This document shows, piece after piece, positions 17,368-24,923 of a stretch of 64,000 nucleotides of DNA. The stretch is taken from positions 19,257-83,256 of the IMG/VR virus record IMGVR_UViG_3300045988_133829; one strand, given 5' to 3'. Under the pieces are notes generated by a model, which saw only the letters and a program-made list of their open reading frames with translations, did no database searches and was not told the DNA's origin. The DNA is from a virus. Numbering within the stretch: the stretch's first letter is position 1; each line of letters begins with the position of its first letter. Made by a program: the position numbers and the translations under genes.

Positions 17368-17905
17368 AACATATAGTCCATATATATTAATTGGTATCTG
17401 TTTAGTATGGATTGTTACCTCTTTTTTAGTTAACAGGAAACCTCATATTCAAACAGTTCATACAACAGATACCGTTTTTATTACTAAATGGGATACGTTG
17501 ACAATAGAAAAACCGATAAATAAATATAAAAAAGTCATAGATACTTTGATTGTTTATGTAAACGATTCCACTAAAGTCAAACTTCCCGTTGAAGAAAAAT
17601 TTTATACCGAACCCGATAAATACGAAGCTTGGGTGTCGGGCATCAATCCAAGTTTAGACCGAATAAATGTATTTAATAAAACAGAATATCAAACAGTCAC
17701 TAATACCATAACAAATACAGTTTATAAAGATGCTTGGAAAGGGTATATAGGTGGTGAAATTATGACGTTTGACGGAAAGATAATCCCAAGCATAAATCTA
17801 CTGTTTGTTACTCCAAAAAAAATAGCCTTTGGCGGTGGAGTGGGTATTTACAACAACAGTGCCGTTTACAAATTTAATTTAAATTATTCAATATTCAAAA
17901 AGTAA
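17351..17905 (+). CDS. hypothetical membrane-anchored protein (184 aa)
   Basis: N-terminal hydrophobic segment YSPYILIGICLVWIVTSFLV. Confidence 0.55.
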   Translation: MKQWIKTYSPYILIGICLVWIVTSFLVNRKPHIQTVHTTDTVFITKWDTLTIEKPINKYKKVIDTLIVYVNDSTKVKLPVEEKFYTEPDKYEAWVSGINPSLDRINVFNKTEYQTVTNTITNTVYKDAWKGYIGGEIMTFDGKIIPSINLLFVTPKKIAFGGGVGIYNNSAVYKFNLNYSIFKK

Positions 17906-18513
17906 TGAGAACAAAAAGTAGAACAGAAGAATCTTTGTTGGAGATGCTAATGTATAGTGGCGTTTCATCTCTTCCTGAACCCAACGATAAAGAACAGGTA
18001 TGGGCTAGGGCGATTGTTAAGATTTTAAGAAAAAATGGACACATGGACTATGCTCTTGCATATCATGATTTTTTCGCATGGAATGAGGTAAATGTAACAA
18101 AAACATTGTCGGGATTAGGTATAGCACATGAACTTGTGGAGATATATCCCTATGAATATTTGAAAGACGAATTTATCCCTGCCGTGGAAAATAAAAAGGA
18201 TATTATAGATTTCATCTCTTCCAGAACATCTGATGATGAAGAATACCTTAATGGCATGACGAATGATGATCTTAAAAAATATTTCTTCAATGTTTGCATT
18301 AAAGAACAAATTAGCAGAAATGAATTTAAGAACAACATGAAAAATTATAAGCGTCAGCCTATAACCTTTGAAGAAGATTTAAAAGAAGAAACAAATAAAG
18401 AGGAGGAAAATGAACATGAAGAAATTGGAAATGATGGAGAATCAGAAAGAAGAAGCGGTCAAGAAAACAGACAAACAAATAATAGAGGAAGGAAAAGCAA
18501 AGCTGAAAAGTAA
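17905..18513 (+). CDS. hypothetical protein (202 aa), acidic/basic low-complexity tail
   Basis: ORF track; ATG overlaps the upstream stop. Confidence 0.55.
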   Translation: MRTKSRTEESLLEMLMYSGVSSLPEPNDKEQVWARAIVKILRKNGHMDYALAYHDFFAWNEVNVTKTLSGLGIAHELVEIYPYEYLKDEFIPAVENKKDIIDFISSRTSDDEEYLNGMTNDDLKKYFFNVCIKEQISRNEFKNNMKNYKRQPITFEEDLKEETNKEEENEHEEIGNDGESERRSGQENRQTNNRGRKSKAEK

Positions 18514-19084
18514 GCTTGACGAAAAGATAGCATTACTTAAATCCCAATGCAAGGATGCGCATTTTTTCGACTCTATAATGGACGAAATCATATCTTTAAA
18601 AGGACAATATGATGTAGCTCCAACTAGAATCTTTGTACGTGAGGAGGATTTACTCGAAGAGTATGATTATGGGTCATTTAATATTTCAAGATTTACAACA
18701 GGAATTCTTTTTCAAATGACTGGTTATTATATGTTTGTAAAACCGATATGTAGAACTCTATATGGACATTTAGATTTTCTTCTTGAATATAAATCTAAAT
18801 ATGATTCTTTAAGAAAAGAGCAGAAAGATATTTACGATACATTCTTTAATGCAACTATGGATATTCTGTTTACTCCTCCACTTTGCTTTATTGATGATCC
18901 TTATTATCTTGATATTGCTACATTTATTTGTAAAAGAAGAAACCAATTATTTGAGGAATTAGGAGATACAAAATTACTTCCTGAAACCGAAGAAGATGAT
19001 AAATTTATGGAAGAGGTTCAAAGAATGGAAAAACTTAAAGATTCAGTAGATAAATATGTCGAAGAGCATGAAGATGGAAGATGA
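18410..19084 (+). CDS. hypothetical protein (224 aa; true start uncertain)
   Basis: ORF track; overlaps the previous ORF by about 100 nt in another frame. Confidence 0.5.
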   Translation: MNMKKLEMMENQKEEAVKKTDKQIIEEGKAKLKSKLDEKIALLKSQCKDAHFFDSIMDEIISLKGQYDVAPTRIFVREEDLLEEYDYGSFNISRFTTGILFQMTGYYMFVKPICRTLYGHLDFLLEYKSKYDSLRKEQKDIYDTFFNATMDILFTPPLCFIDDPYYLDIATFICKRRNQLFEELGDTKLLPETEEDDKFMEEVQRMEKLKDSVDKYVEEHEDGR

Positions 19085-19424
19085 TGCAAGACCACATGGG
19101 TTAGAAGCTATTCCGATTGAAATAAATAAGGCAATTAGCGCATTAAATACCCAAGAGGGAGGTTCGCATTACAAAAAACTAGCAATAGAACCTGTTGAGT
19201 TTATATATGCAAATGATATACCTTTTATGGAGGGTAATTGCATAAAGTATCTATGTCGGCATAAGAACAAGAATGGGGCAGAAGATATAAAGAAAGTTAT
19301 TCATTATTGTCAACTAATACTTGAATTAGAATATGGCGAAGAAGGCGATTCGTGTCAAAACAAACACGAAGGTTGTGCGTGCGCAAAAGGGCAATGCTCC
19401 TGTAAAACCTCAATTGAGGTCTAA
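19056..19424 (+). CDS. DUF3310-family phage protein
   Basis: GGSHYKKLAIEPVEFIYANDIPFMEGNCIKYLCRHKNKNGAEDIKKVIHY fits the DUF3310 signature (IEP...GN.IKY..R...K...ED..K). Confidence 0.7.
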   Translation: MSKSMKMEDDARPHGLEAIPIEINKAISALNTQEGGSHYKKLAIEPVEFIYANDIPFMEGNCIKYLCRHKNKNGAEDIKKVIHYCQLILELEYGEEGDSCQNKHEGCACAKGQCSCKTSIEV

Positions 19425-19515
19425 AGCTCCGGGTTTATTTACCGAGAAGATTGTAATTGCTGTTAATTCTAATAAAAAATAGCTGGATAATATTTTATAT
19501 TATAAATATTAATAT

Positions 19516-19523
19516 TATATTTG
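19516..19523 (+). promoter_or_regulatory. candidate -7 promoter element TATATTTG
   Basis: Read directly, 27 nt upstream of the ATG at 19550. Confidence 0.4.
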
Positions 19524-19549
19524 CATATAATTTAATAAATAATGTAATA

Positions 19550-20269
19550 ATGAAAACAACAGTCACAATGAAGTCGAAAGACAGGGAGTTATTTGGAGTT
19601 ACAATTAGACAAGATACTAAAAGTCAATTCTTGTCTGTGACGGATTTACAAGAAGCTTATACTCATGCTAGGATTGAAAAAGGATGGTCTGAAAAAAGGA
19701 TTGAAAATATCCTTTCAAACATAGAATCATCAGAAAGAGTGTTTTATATACTTGAAAAACAAGGACTTATAAAAACAGGATTTCCTGTTTTTATGGAAGA
19801 GGTTAGAAAAACGTCTCTTATAAAAGTAATGAAGAAGTATGGGGTATATAAAACAGTAGGTGCTAGGGCTAATAAGCATGTTTCATGTAATCCTTATATT
19901 TGGGTATTGTTAGCATTAGAACTTAATCCTGAAATATATGCAACTGTAGTAATGTGGTTGACTGATAATTTAATTATTAATAGAATTGAAGCAGGAGATA
20001 GATACAATGAACTTTGTCGTGCTGCATCTATTTTTAATAATGTTGATTATAGAATCATTGCAAAAGGATTAAATTACATTGTATTTAATGTACATGAAAC
20101 TTTATTACGTAATAAAGCAACCCAAGAACAATTAAAAGAATTGGATGATTTACAAAAATCTTTAGCCTTTGCAATAGATATGGGTTATATTAAATCGTTT
20201 GAACATTTAATAAATGAAATGAGACTGTTATATCAAAAAAAATGGAATAATGGAAAAGCTAATAGTTAG
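19550..20269 (+). CDS. KilA-N-like DNA-binding protein (239 aa)
   Basis: ORF 19457..20269 trimmed to the ATG at 19550 downstream of the promoter motif. N-terminus RELFGVTIRQDTKSQFLSVTDLQEAY resembles a KilA-N domain. Confidence 0.45.
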   Translation: MKTTVTMKSKDRELFGVTIRQDTKSQFLSVTDLQEAYTHARIEKGWSEKRIENILSNIESSERVFYILEKQGLIKTGFPVFMEEVRKTSLIKVMKKYGVYKTVGARANKHVSCNPYIWVLLALELNPEIYATVVMWLTDNLIINRIEAGDRYNELCRAASIFNNVDYRIIAKGLNYIVFNVHETLLRNKATQEQLKELDDLQKSLAFAIDMGYIKSFEHLINEMRLLYQKKWNNGKANS

Positions 20270-20630
20270 AGCAACTATATTTGGAATGGCTATTTATTTG
20301 CTTATTATATTTTGTTTCGCATGGAATGGGATATTGGTAACATTTGATGGCTATGTGGTATTATTGGATTACTGTTTATACCGATTGGCTTGCGATGAGG
20401 GTCATTATCATTGTAAGTATGCAAGAGCAATACCAATTAACCTCATGTTTACTGATACTATTGCTTGTCTTGATGACACATTCAATATTATGCCAACTGC
20501 GGAAATATATCTGTTTATCGTATCAACTACTTGGATTATCAGTATTGCACTTACTGTCTATCTTGGTATTCGCCATTTCATTAAAGTACGTAGAATTAAA
20601 AAACAAAAGAAAAGCTATGAAGAATTATAA
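20250..20630 (+). CDS. hypothetical integral membrane protein (126 aa)
   Basis: Several hydrophobic segments (IFGMAIYLLIIFCFAW, IYLFIVSTTWIISIALTVYLGI) and a basic C-terminus. Confidence 0.5.
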   Translation: MEKLIVRATIFGMAIYLLIIFCFAWNGILVTFDGYVVLLDYCLYRLACDEGHYHCKYARAIPINLMFTDTIACLDDTFNIMPTAEIYLFIVSTTWIISIALTVYLGIRHFIKVRRIKKQKKSYEEL

Positions 20631-21096
20631 AGACATTAATAAGTTCAAGGCGAGTGTTCTTGATTCAGTTAAAGAGGAATTATCAAAACTTAGTCCTATC
20701 AAACGTTGGTTATTTGAAACATTGTTTGATAAAATATGGGCGATATTTAGTGATGAATGTAGTGAAACAGAGATTTCATCAGCTATTAATTCTCTTGAAA
20801 AGGTTAATAGTGAATATGTACGACCAACTGATGTTTTGAATTATGATGAAAGTATGCGTGTCCTTAATTTCTCTAACAATAGAGTTGGATTTAAACGTCT
20901 CATGGATGCTAAAGGAATTGAGCAAGTTATTTTTAAGAATCGCAAGATTGGTTATCGCAAGTCCGAAATCCTAGCTTTAAAATCAGAACTAGAAGCGGAA
21001 CAAAAAGCTAAAAGAGAAAAGGAAAAGTCTTACAAACAAAATAATAAGGCGGTGAATAATAAACCTAAACTCTCCAATATGGAGAAGATGTACTAA
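20617..21096 (+). CDS. hypothetical protein (159 aa)
   Basis: ORF 20344..21096 trimmed to the ATG at 20617; the upstream part overlaps 20250..20630 out of frame. Confidence 0.5.
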   Translation: MKNYKDINKFKASVLDSVKEELSKLSPIKRWLFETLFDKIWAIFSDECSETEISSAINSLEKVNSEYVRPTDVLNYDESMRVLNFSNNRVGFKRLMDAKGIEQVIFKNRKIGYRKSEILALKSELEAEQKAKREKEKSYKQNNKAVNNKPKLSNMEKMY

Positions 21097-21099
21097 ATA

Positions 21100-21123
21100 A
21101 AAGGGAGCAATTAAGCTCCCTTT
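21100..21123. terminator. hairpin between convergent gene blocks (bidirectional terminator candidate)
   Basis: aaagggagc / gctcccttt 9-bp stem, flanked by A-rich sequence on the left and T-rich on the right. Confidence 0.6.
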
Positions 21124-21127
21124 GTTG

Positions 21128-23125
21128 TTATCCTAACCATTTTAATTCAAAAGCGAAATCACCATCATTCGCTGTTGAATCATCTGATAACCATACATCG
21201 AATCCGTTGGTTACCCATTGTTTAAAAGTAGCTTTAATCGGAGAATTACTTCCTCCTTCTATAATAGAAAAACCTATTCCGGTTAACATAACATAAGCAG
21301 TATTTATTCCTATGTTTAATGCACTCCAAGAAGTAGGGAAATTAATTCTATAAATACCTTCTCCTATTCTAGTCGCATTTGGGAAAGAACTTCCATCAAA
21401 AGTTCTAATTGCTTTATAAGTAGGAGAATTACCTCCCCACACAACACCATAAGCTATCAATGAAGGTAAGAATCCCCAATGTCCATTTCTTTTAGAATAA
21501 GTCCCACGTGTATCAATTTTTAATCCTGAAAAATCATTTACAACTTCAAAAAATATATTTTTTATATTCAATAATGGGTCAGGTTCTCTATTTATTACAT
21601 AAAATAAATTATTTGTAGAAGTTCCTAAAGCCATACCGTTAGCAAATATATTAGCTATATATGAATTAATATTAAATTCAGTACTTAGAGTTGAAATTCG
21701 TAAAGCTGTTACATTGGAATCCCTTTTCAAAAAAGCCCTTAATACATGATAACCTTTATCTATATTCACATTCCCATAAGTGACGAATGTTCCTGTTCCT
21801 GATACTGGGTGGGAAAAAGAAGCTGCTATTGTACTTTTTTCATATTTAGTCATAGCACTATCAGAATATGTATCAACAATTAGTTGACCTACAATATTAC
21901 CAGTAGTTACAGTTGTTGAAAATTCAGAATAATAATAATTCATTTCTGTTGATAAATTCATCAACGTTGATGTATAGAACTTTTCTGATATTACCGTTTC
22001 ACCTTGTAATACTCCACCTGCGAGAGAAAAAGGTATATTTTTAATTGTAATAGAAGGTGCAGAACCACCAAAAAAATCATCTATACTATTCCTATTATAT
22101 CCTTCAATAGAAAGAACGTTTTTATTTTCAGTATCAAAAACCTTAATATCTTGACTAATTGGACTTATGACAATTCTCTTTCCTGATTTATCCCCAATAA
22201 TATTTTCTCCTTCTTCAGTCACTTCCCATACATTATTTTCATCTATTTGTAGCAAAATACTTCCTGAAAAAGAAGGTGAACCATCTTTAGTCCATGAAAA
22301 TTTACCTCTAGCAAAAAACCCTGAACCATCAGGATTTATTTCATATATCGTTTCACCTTTTTCATCAACTGAAATAAGTTTACCATTTACAGCGTAAAGT
22401 CCTCTATCTCCCTCTGTTCCCGGAAGATTACCTCCTACGCGAACCTTTATAGCTTTAGACCAATCCTTAGAGTACATTTCAGTCATCAAGTCGATAACAG
22501 GCTCATCTTCGTCTACATGAAGATAAATAGCAGAATGTCTGTTCTTGTATTTCTCTTGATGTGATGCATTACCAAACTGTACTATTTCATCGCCTTCTTG
22601 GGGAGCATTTAATACTGCTCCTGTATCTGGGTCTGAATCAAATTCTGATACGGGTATATTGATATAATATTGGAATACGCTACCAACTTGTACTAAGTAA
22701 TGTCTCCCATTCTTCAAACATTGAACAAAATCATATTCCACAATAGAGTTTGATTCATCATCTATTTCCAAGCGATAACATGGTGCTTTAGTTATAGTAT
22801 CAACTCCATCAACTTCTTTATATACATCAGCCTCAACCGTTGTAACAGCTTTTATTTTAGCGTGTCCCTGACTTATATTTAGCCCTCCCTTAATTGAAGT
22901 AATCTGTGATATAATGTGTTCAAAAGTAGTGAAAGATTTACGCACTAGAAGTTCGTCTATTTCTAATTTCCAAGAGTTGTCCTTCTTCCATAATTTCCAA
23001 CCATAACCATTGAATCCTGAAAGAAAATCTTCAATCATTACTGCTGCTCCATTCTTTAACTTTCTTCCAGTATCTTTTATGGAGCATAAGAAACCGGAAA
23101 ACTTTCCATTTGATAGAATTGCCAT
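21128..23125 (-). CDS. tail fibre / receptor-binding structural protein (665 aa)
   Basis: Large Gly/Ser/Thr/Asn-rich beta-type protein at the distal end of the fibre cluster; no specific motif. Confidence 0.55.
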   Translation of the reverse strand: MAILSNGKFSGFLCSIKDTGRKLKNGAAVMIEDFLSGFNGYGWKLWKKDNSWKLEIDELLVRKSFTTFEHIISQITSIKGGLNISQGHAKIKAVTTVEADVYKEVDGVDTITKAPCYRLEIDDESNSIVEYDFVQCLKNGRHYLVQVGSVFQYYINIPVSEFDSDPDTGAVLNAPQEGDEIVQFGNASHQEKYKNRHSAIYLHVDEDEPVIDLMTEMYSKDWSKAIKVRVGGNLPGTEGDRGLYAVNGKLISVDEKGETIYEINPDGSGFFARGKFSWTKDGSPSFSGSILLQIDENNVWEVTEEGENIIGDKSGKRIVISPISQDIKVFDTENKNVLSIEGYNRNSIDDFFGGSAPSITIKNIPFSLAGGVLQGETVISEKFYTSTLMNLSTEMNYYYSEFSTTVTTGNIVGQLIVDTYSDSAMTKYEKSTIAASFSHPVSGTGTFVTYGNVNIDKGYHVLRAFLKRDSNVTALRISTLSTEFNINSYIANIFANGMALGTSTNNLFYVINREPDPLLNIKNIFFEVVNDFSGLKIDTRGTYSKRNGHWGFLPSLIAYGVVWGGNSPTYKAIRTFDGSSFPNATRIGEGIYRINFPTSWSALNIGINTAYVMLTGIGFSIIEGGSNSPIKATFKQWVTNGFDVWLSDDSTANDGDFAFELKWLG

Positions 23126-23126
23126 A

Positions 23127-23579
23127 TTACTTTCTAGTTTTGATTATAAACTTCGTCCATGCATAATAATGGCTGTTTTCAAGATAATTATTATCTTTTT
23201 CAGCCAATCGAGCTTCTTGTTCAAAAGAGACTTCTCTATAAGCTATACTTTGTTTATCTCCTTTATCCGAAGAGAATAGACCAATACAACGCCTAATAAT
23301 ATATTCCAATCCGTACCATAAATAGAATATGATGGGCGATAAAGCCAAATACCATGCCGAATAATCCCAAATAAGTAGCCCAATCCAAAGCAATAAACCG
23401 GAAGCAACCGTAAGTTCTATCCATTGTCTGGCATGAGTACATTCATGGTTTATCGTTTCTTGTGTCAACTTCTTGTATATAGTCAATACCCAAGCAAATA
23501 TTGTTATTGTTGAATAACCATCAAATAAAATAGCTTTAGCTATTTTTGAATCATAAAATACTTTCTTCATTATAATCAA
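23127..23579 (-). CDS. membrane protein with HExxH motif (HECTH), 150 aa
   Basis: INHECTHARQW followed by hydrophobic segments (LTVASGLLLWIGLLIW, YLALSPIIFYLWYGL). Confidence 0.55.
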   Translation of the reverse strand: MIIMKKVFYDSKIAKAILFDGYSTITIFAWVLTIYKKLTQETINHECTHARQWIELTVASGLLLWIGLLIWDYSAWYLALSPIIFYLWYGLEYIIRRCIGLFSSDKGDKQSIAYREVSFEQEARLAEKDNNYLENSHYYAWTKFIIKTRK

Positions 23580-24099
23580 ATTTTAATTTAGTTGGATAAT
23601 TCTTTTCGTAATCGTAATCGTCAGCCTCATCTATATCGGTTATAGCATTTACATTAGCAATATGCCTTTGTGTAACACTATTACAAGTATCTGCGTATAT
23701 CTCAATATCATCAAGCATATTTAAGATAAAATCAACAGGGAGAACATACTCTTTCTGATTATACCAAATACTTGATGTTTTAATGTTTCTGCTCTTTTTA
23801 ATCGCAACAGCATTCATTATGGAAGTTCGTAAATCTTTGCTTAACCAAATACTATCTCCATTGAGCAAGAAACTATTTACATATTCAGATTTATCGTACC
23901 TCTGAATATTGTATAATGTATGCTCTTTTACTTCTTCTAAAGTAAATATGTGTTCTTGAAGGATAGGACGACCATTTACATCTTCTACTATCTCCTTTCC
24001 ATCGCTTTGCCCATCAAGTAATGATTGCCAATATTCGTCTGTTATTTCTACCGAACCCTCTATTGGTTCATCGTAAAATCCTTGCTTCCAGTATTTCAT
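23551..24099 (-). CDS. hypothetical protein, possible tail-fibre assembly/chaperone-type protein
   Basis: Position directly downstream of a fibre gene. N-terminus FYDEPIEGSVEITDEYWQSLLDGQSDGKEIVEDVNGRPIL resembles fibre-assembly proteins, judged by eye only. Confidence 0.4.
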   Translation of the reverse strand: MKYWKQGFYDEPIEGSVEITDEYWQSLLDGQSDGKEIVEDVNGRPILQEHIFTLEEVKEHTLYNIQRYDKSEYVNSFLLNGDSIWLSKDLRTSIMNAVAIKKSRNIKTSSIWYNQKEYVLPVDFILNMLDDIEIYADTCNSVTQRHIANVNAITDIDEADDYDYEKNYPTKLKFDYNEESIL

Positions 24100-24131
24100 G
24101 TCTTTTTTTTTGTAAATTTAATAATTAATTT

Positions 24132-24163
24132 TCAAATCTATCTCAAAACGGTTATCAAAAGTT
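24132..24163. repeat. IR-L of a 32-bp inverted repeat pair
   Basis: tcaaatctatctcaaaacggttatcaaaagtt; its reverse complement matches 24571-24602 at 31/32 positions. Confidence 0.9.
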
Positions 24164-24179
24164 ATAATGAAATTTGTAA

Positions 24180-24290
24180 AATCAGCGTGGTGTAACTTTA
24201 GTGATTACTGCCTTTATTATAAAATCTATACAGTATGGGACTATTGCCGGAGAAGCTTATAATTGGATTGCAATAGGTAGATGGAAATAG
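24180..24290 (+). pseudogene. remnant of an alternative tail-fibre C-terminus (opposite strand)
   Basis: Translates NQRGVTLVITAFIIKSIQYGTIAGEAYNWIAIGRWK*. It ends like the intact fibre (..NFTWLAIGRWK*) but uses different codons. There is no ATG, and three in-frame stops (24165, 24168, 24177) separate it from IR-L. Confidence 0.6.
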
Positions 24291-24869
24291 TTACTTCCAA
24301 CGTCCTATAGCTAACCATGTAAAATTCCAGCTAGTCCAAACAATAGCCGGAGTTGAATTTATTCCACGGGTGAGAACTCTACAATATGATGTATATTTAC
24401 CATTAAGGTCATACCCCGGAGCATATATAAAAGATTCACTTGTATTATTTACTGCTCCAGTGAAATAAATGTTATAATCAGTATTATAGAAAGTGGTAGG
24501 AAAATATAGATTAATTGCTCCCCCCGTTGCTCCAACTCTTGTTCCCCACTGAATCATCAGCCCATTACTAAACTTTTGATAACCGTTTTTAGATAGATTT
24601 GAGCCTGAATTCCAATCAATTACTTCACCAACTCCAAGTCCAGCATTAACAAACGTATTACTACTGTTAAGCTTGTAAATTTTATCCCCTTTTACATTTA
24701 CTAGCATTCCTTCTTTTCTTCTTGCAGCAGGAATAGCATTCATCTCGCTTACACTATCTACTGTTCTATATCCTCCTACACCATATTTTTCGTCATGAGT
24801 AGCATATTCGTCTGAATCAGTATAGGGAACTATTTTAGATGCAACATTTGTACCTTTAATTTCTGCCAT
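24291..24869 (-). CDS. short tail fibre protein (192 aa)
   Basis: N-terminal 65 aa are paralogous to the N-terminus of the 684-aa fibre. The C-terminal part has NGLMIQWG ... WLAIG, a pattern I recall from a widespread phage fibre C-terminal domain (gp53-like; name from memory). Confidence 0.7.
   Translation of the reverse strand: MAEIKGTNVASKIVPYTDSDEYATHDEKYGVGGYRTVDSVSEMNAIPAARRKEGMLVNVKGDKIYKLNSSNTFVNAGLGVGEVIDWNSGSNLSKNGYQKFSNGLMIQWGTRVGATGGAINLYFPTTFYNTDYNIYFTGAVNNTSESFIYAPGYDLNGKYTSYCRVLTRGINSTPAIVWTSWNFTWLAIGRWK
24571..24602. repeat. IR-R of the 32-bp inverted repeat pair (inside fibre ORF 24291..24869)
   Basis: aacttttgataaccgtttttagatagatttga; encodes SNLSKNGYQKF on the minus strand. 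Confidence 0.9.
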
Positions 24870-24902
24870 AAATATGTATTATTTGGAGAGAGAGTAAATT
24901 TA

Positions 24903-24911
24903 CCCCCCCCC
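24903..24911. repeat. homopolymeric C9 (G9 on the coding strand) between two fibre genes
   Basis: Counted directly; lies 34 nt upstream of the ATG at 24869 on the minus strand. Confidence 0.95.
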
Positions 24912-24923
24912 AATTTGTAAATA

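Larger units (their letters stand above)
24132..24602. other. candidate site-specific invertible DNA segment (471 bp including IRs)
   Basis: Bracketed by the 31/32 IR pair. Contains the 3' half of the fibre ORF and, tail to tail, an opposite-strand fibre C-terminus remnant in frame with IR-L. Confidence 0.55.

Noticed and set aside
18410-18513. The ~100-nt out-of-frame overlap between 17905..18513 and 18410..19084 considered as a programmed frameshift site
   Set aside because: I found no slippery heptamer, and both frames are low-complexity charged sequence. It is more likely an uncertain start codon or the tolerated overlap of two repetitive tails.
19457-19549. N-terminal extensions of ORFs 19457..20269, 20344..21096, 54785..55804 and 8050..8448
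   Set aside because: The extensions are hydrophobic or low-complexity read-through of promoter regions or out-of-frame overlaps with the preceding gene. Internal ATGs at 19550, 20617, 54893 and 8146 fit the promoters or stop-start overlaps better.
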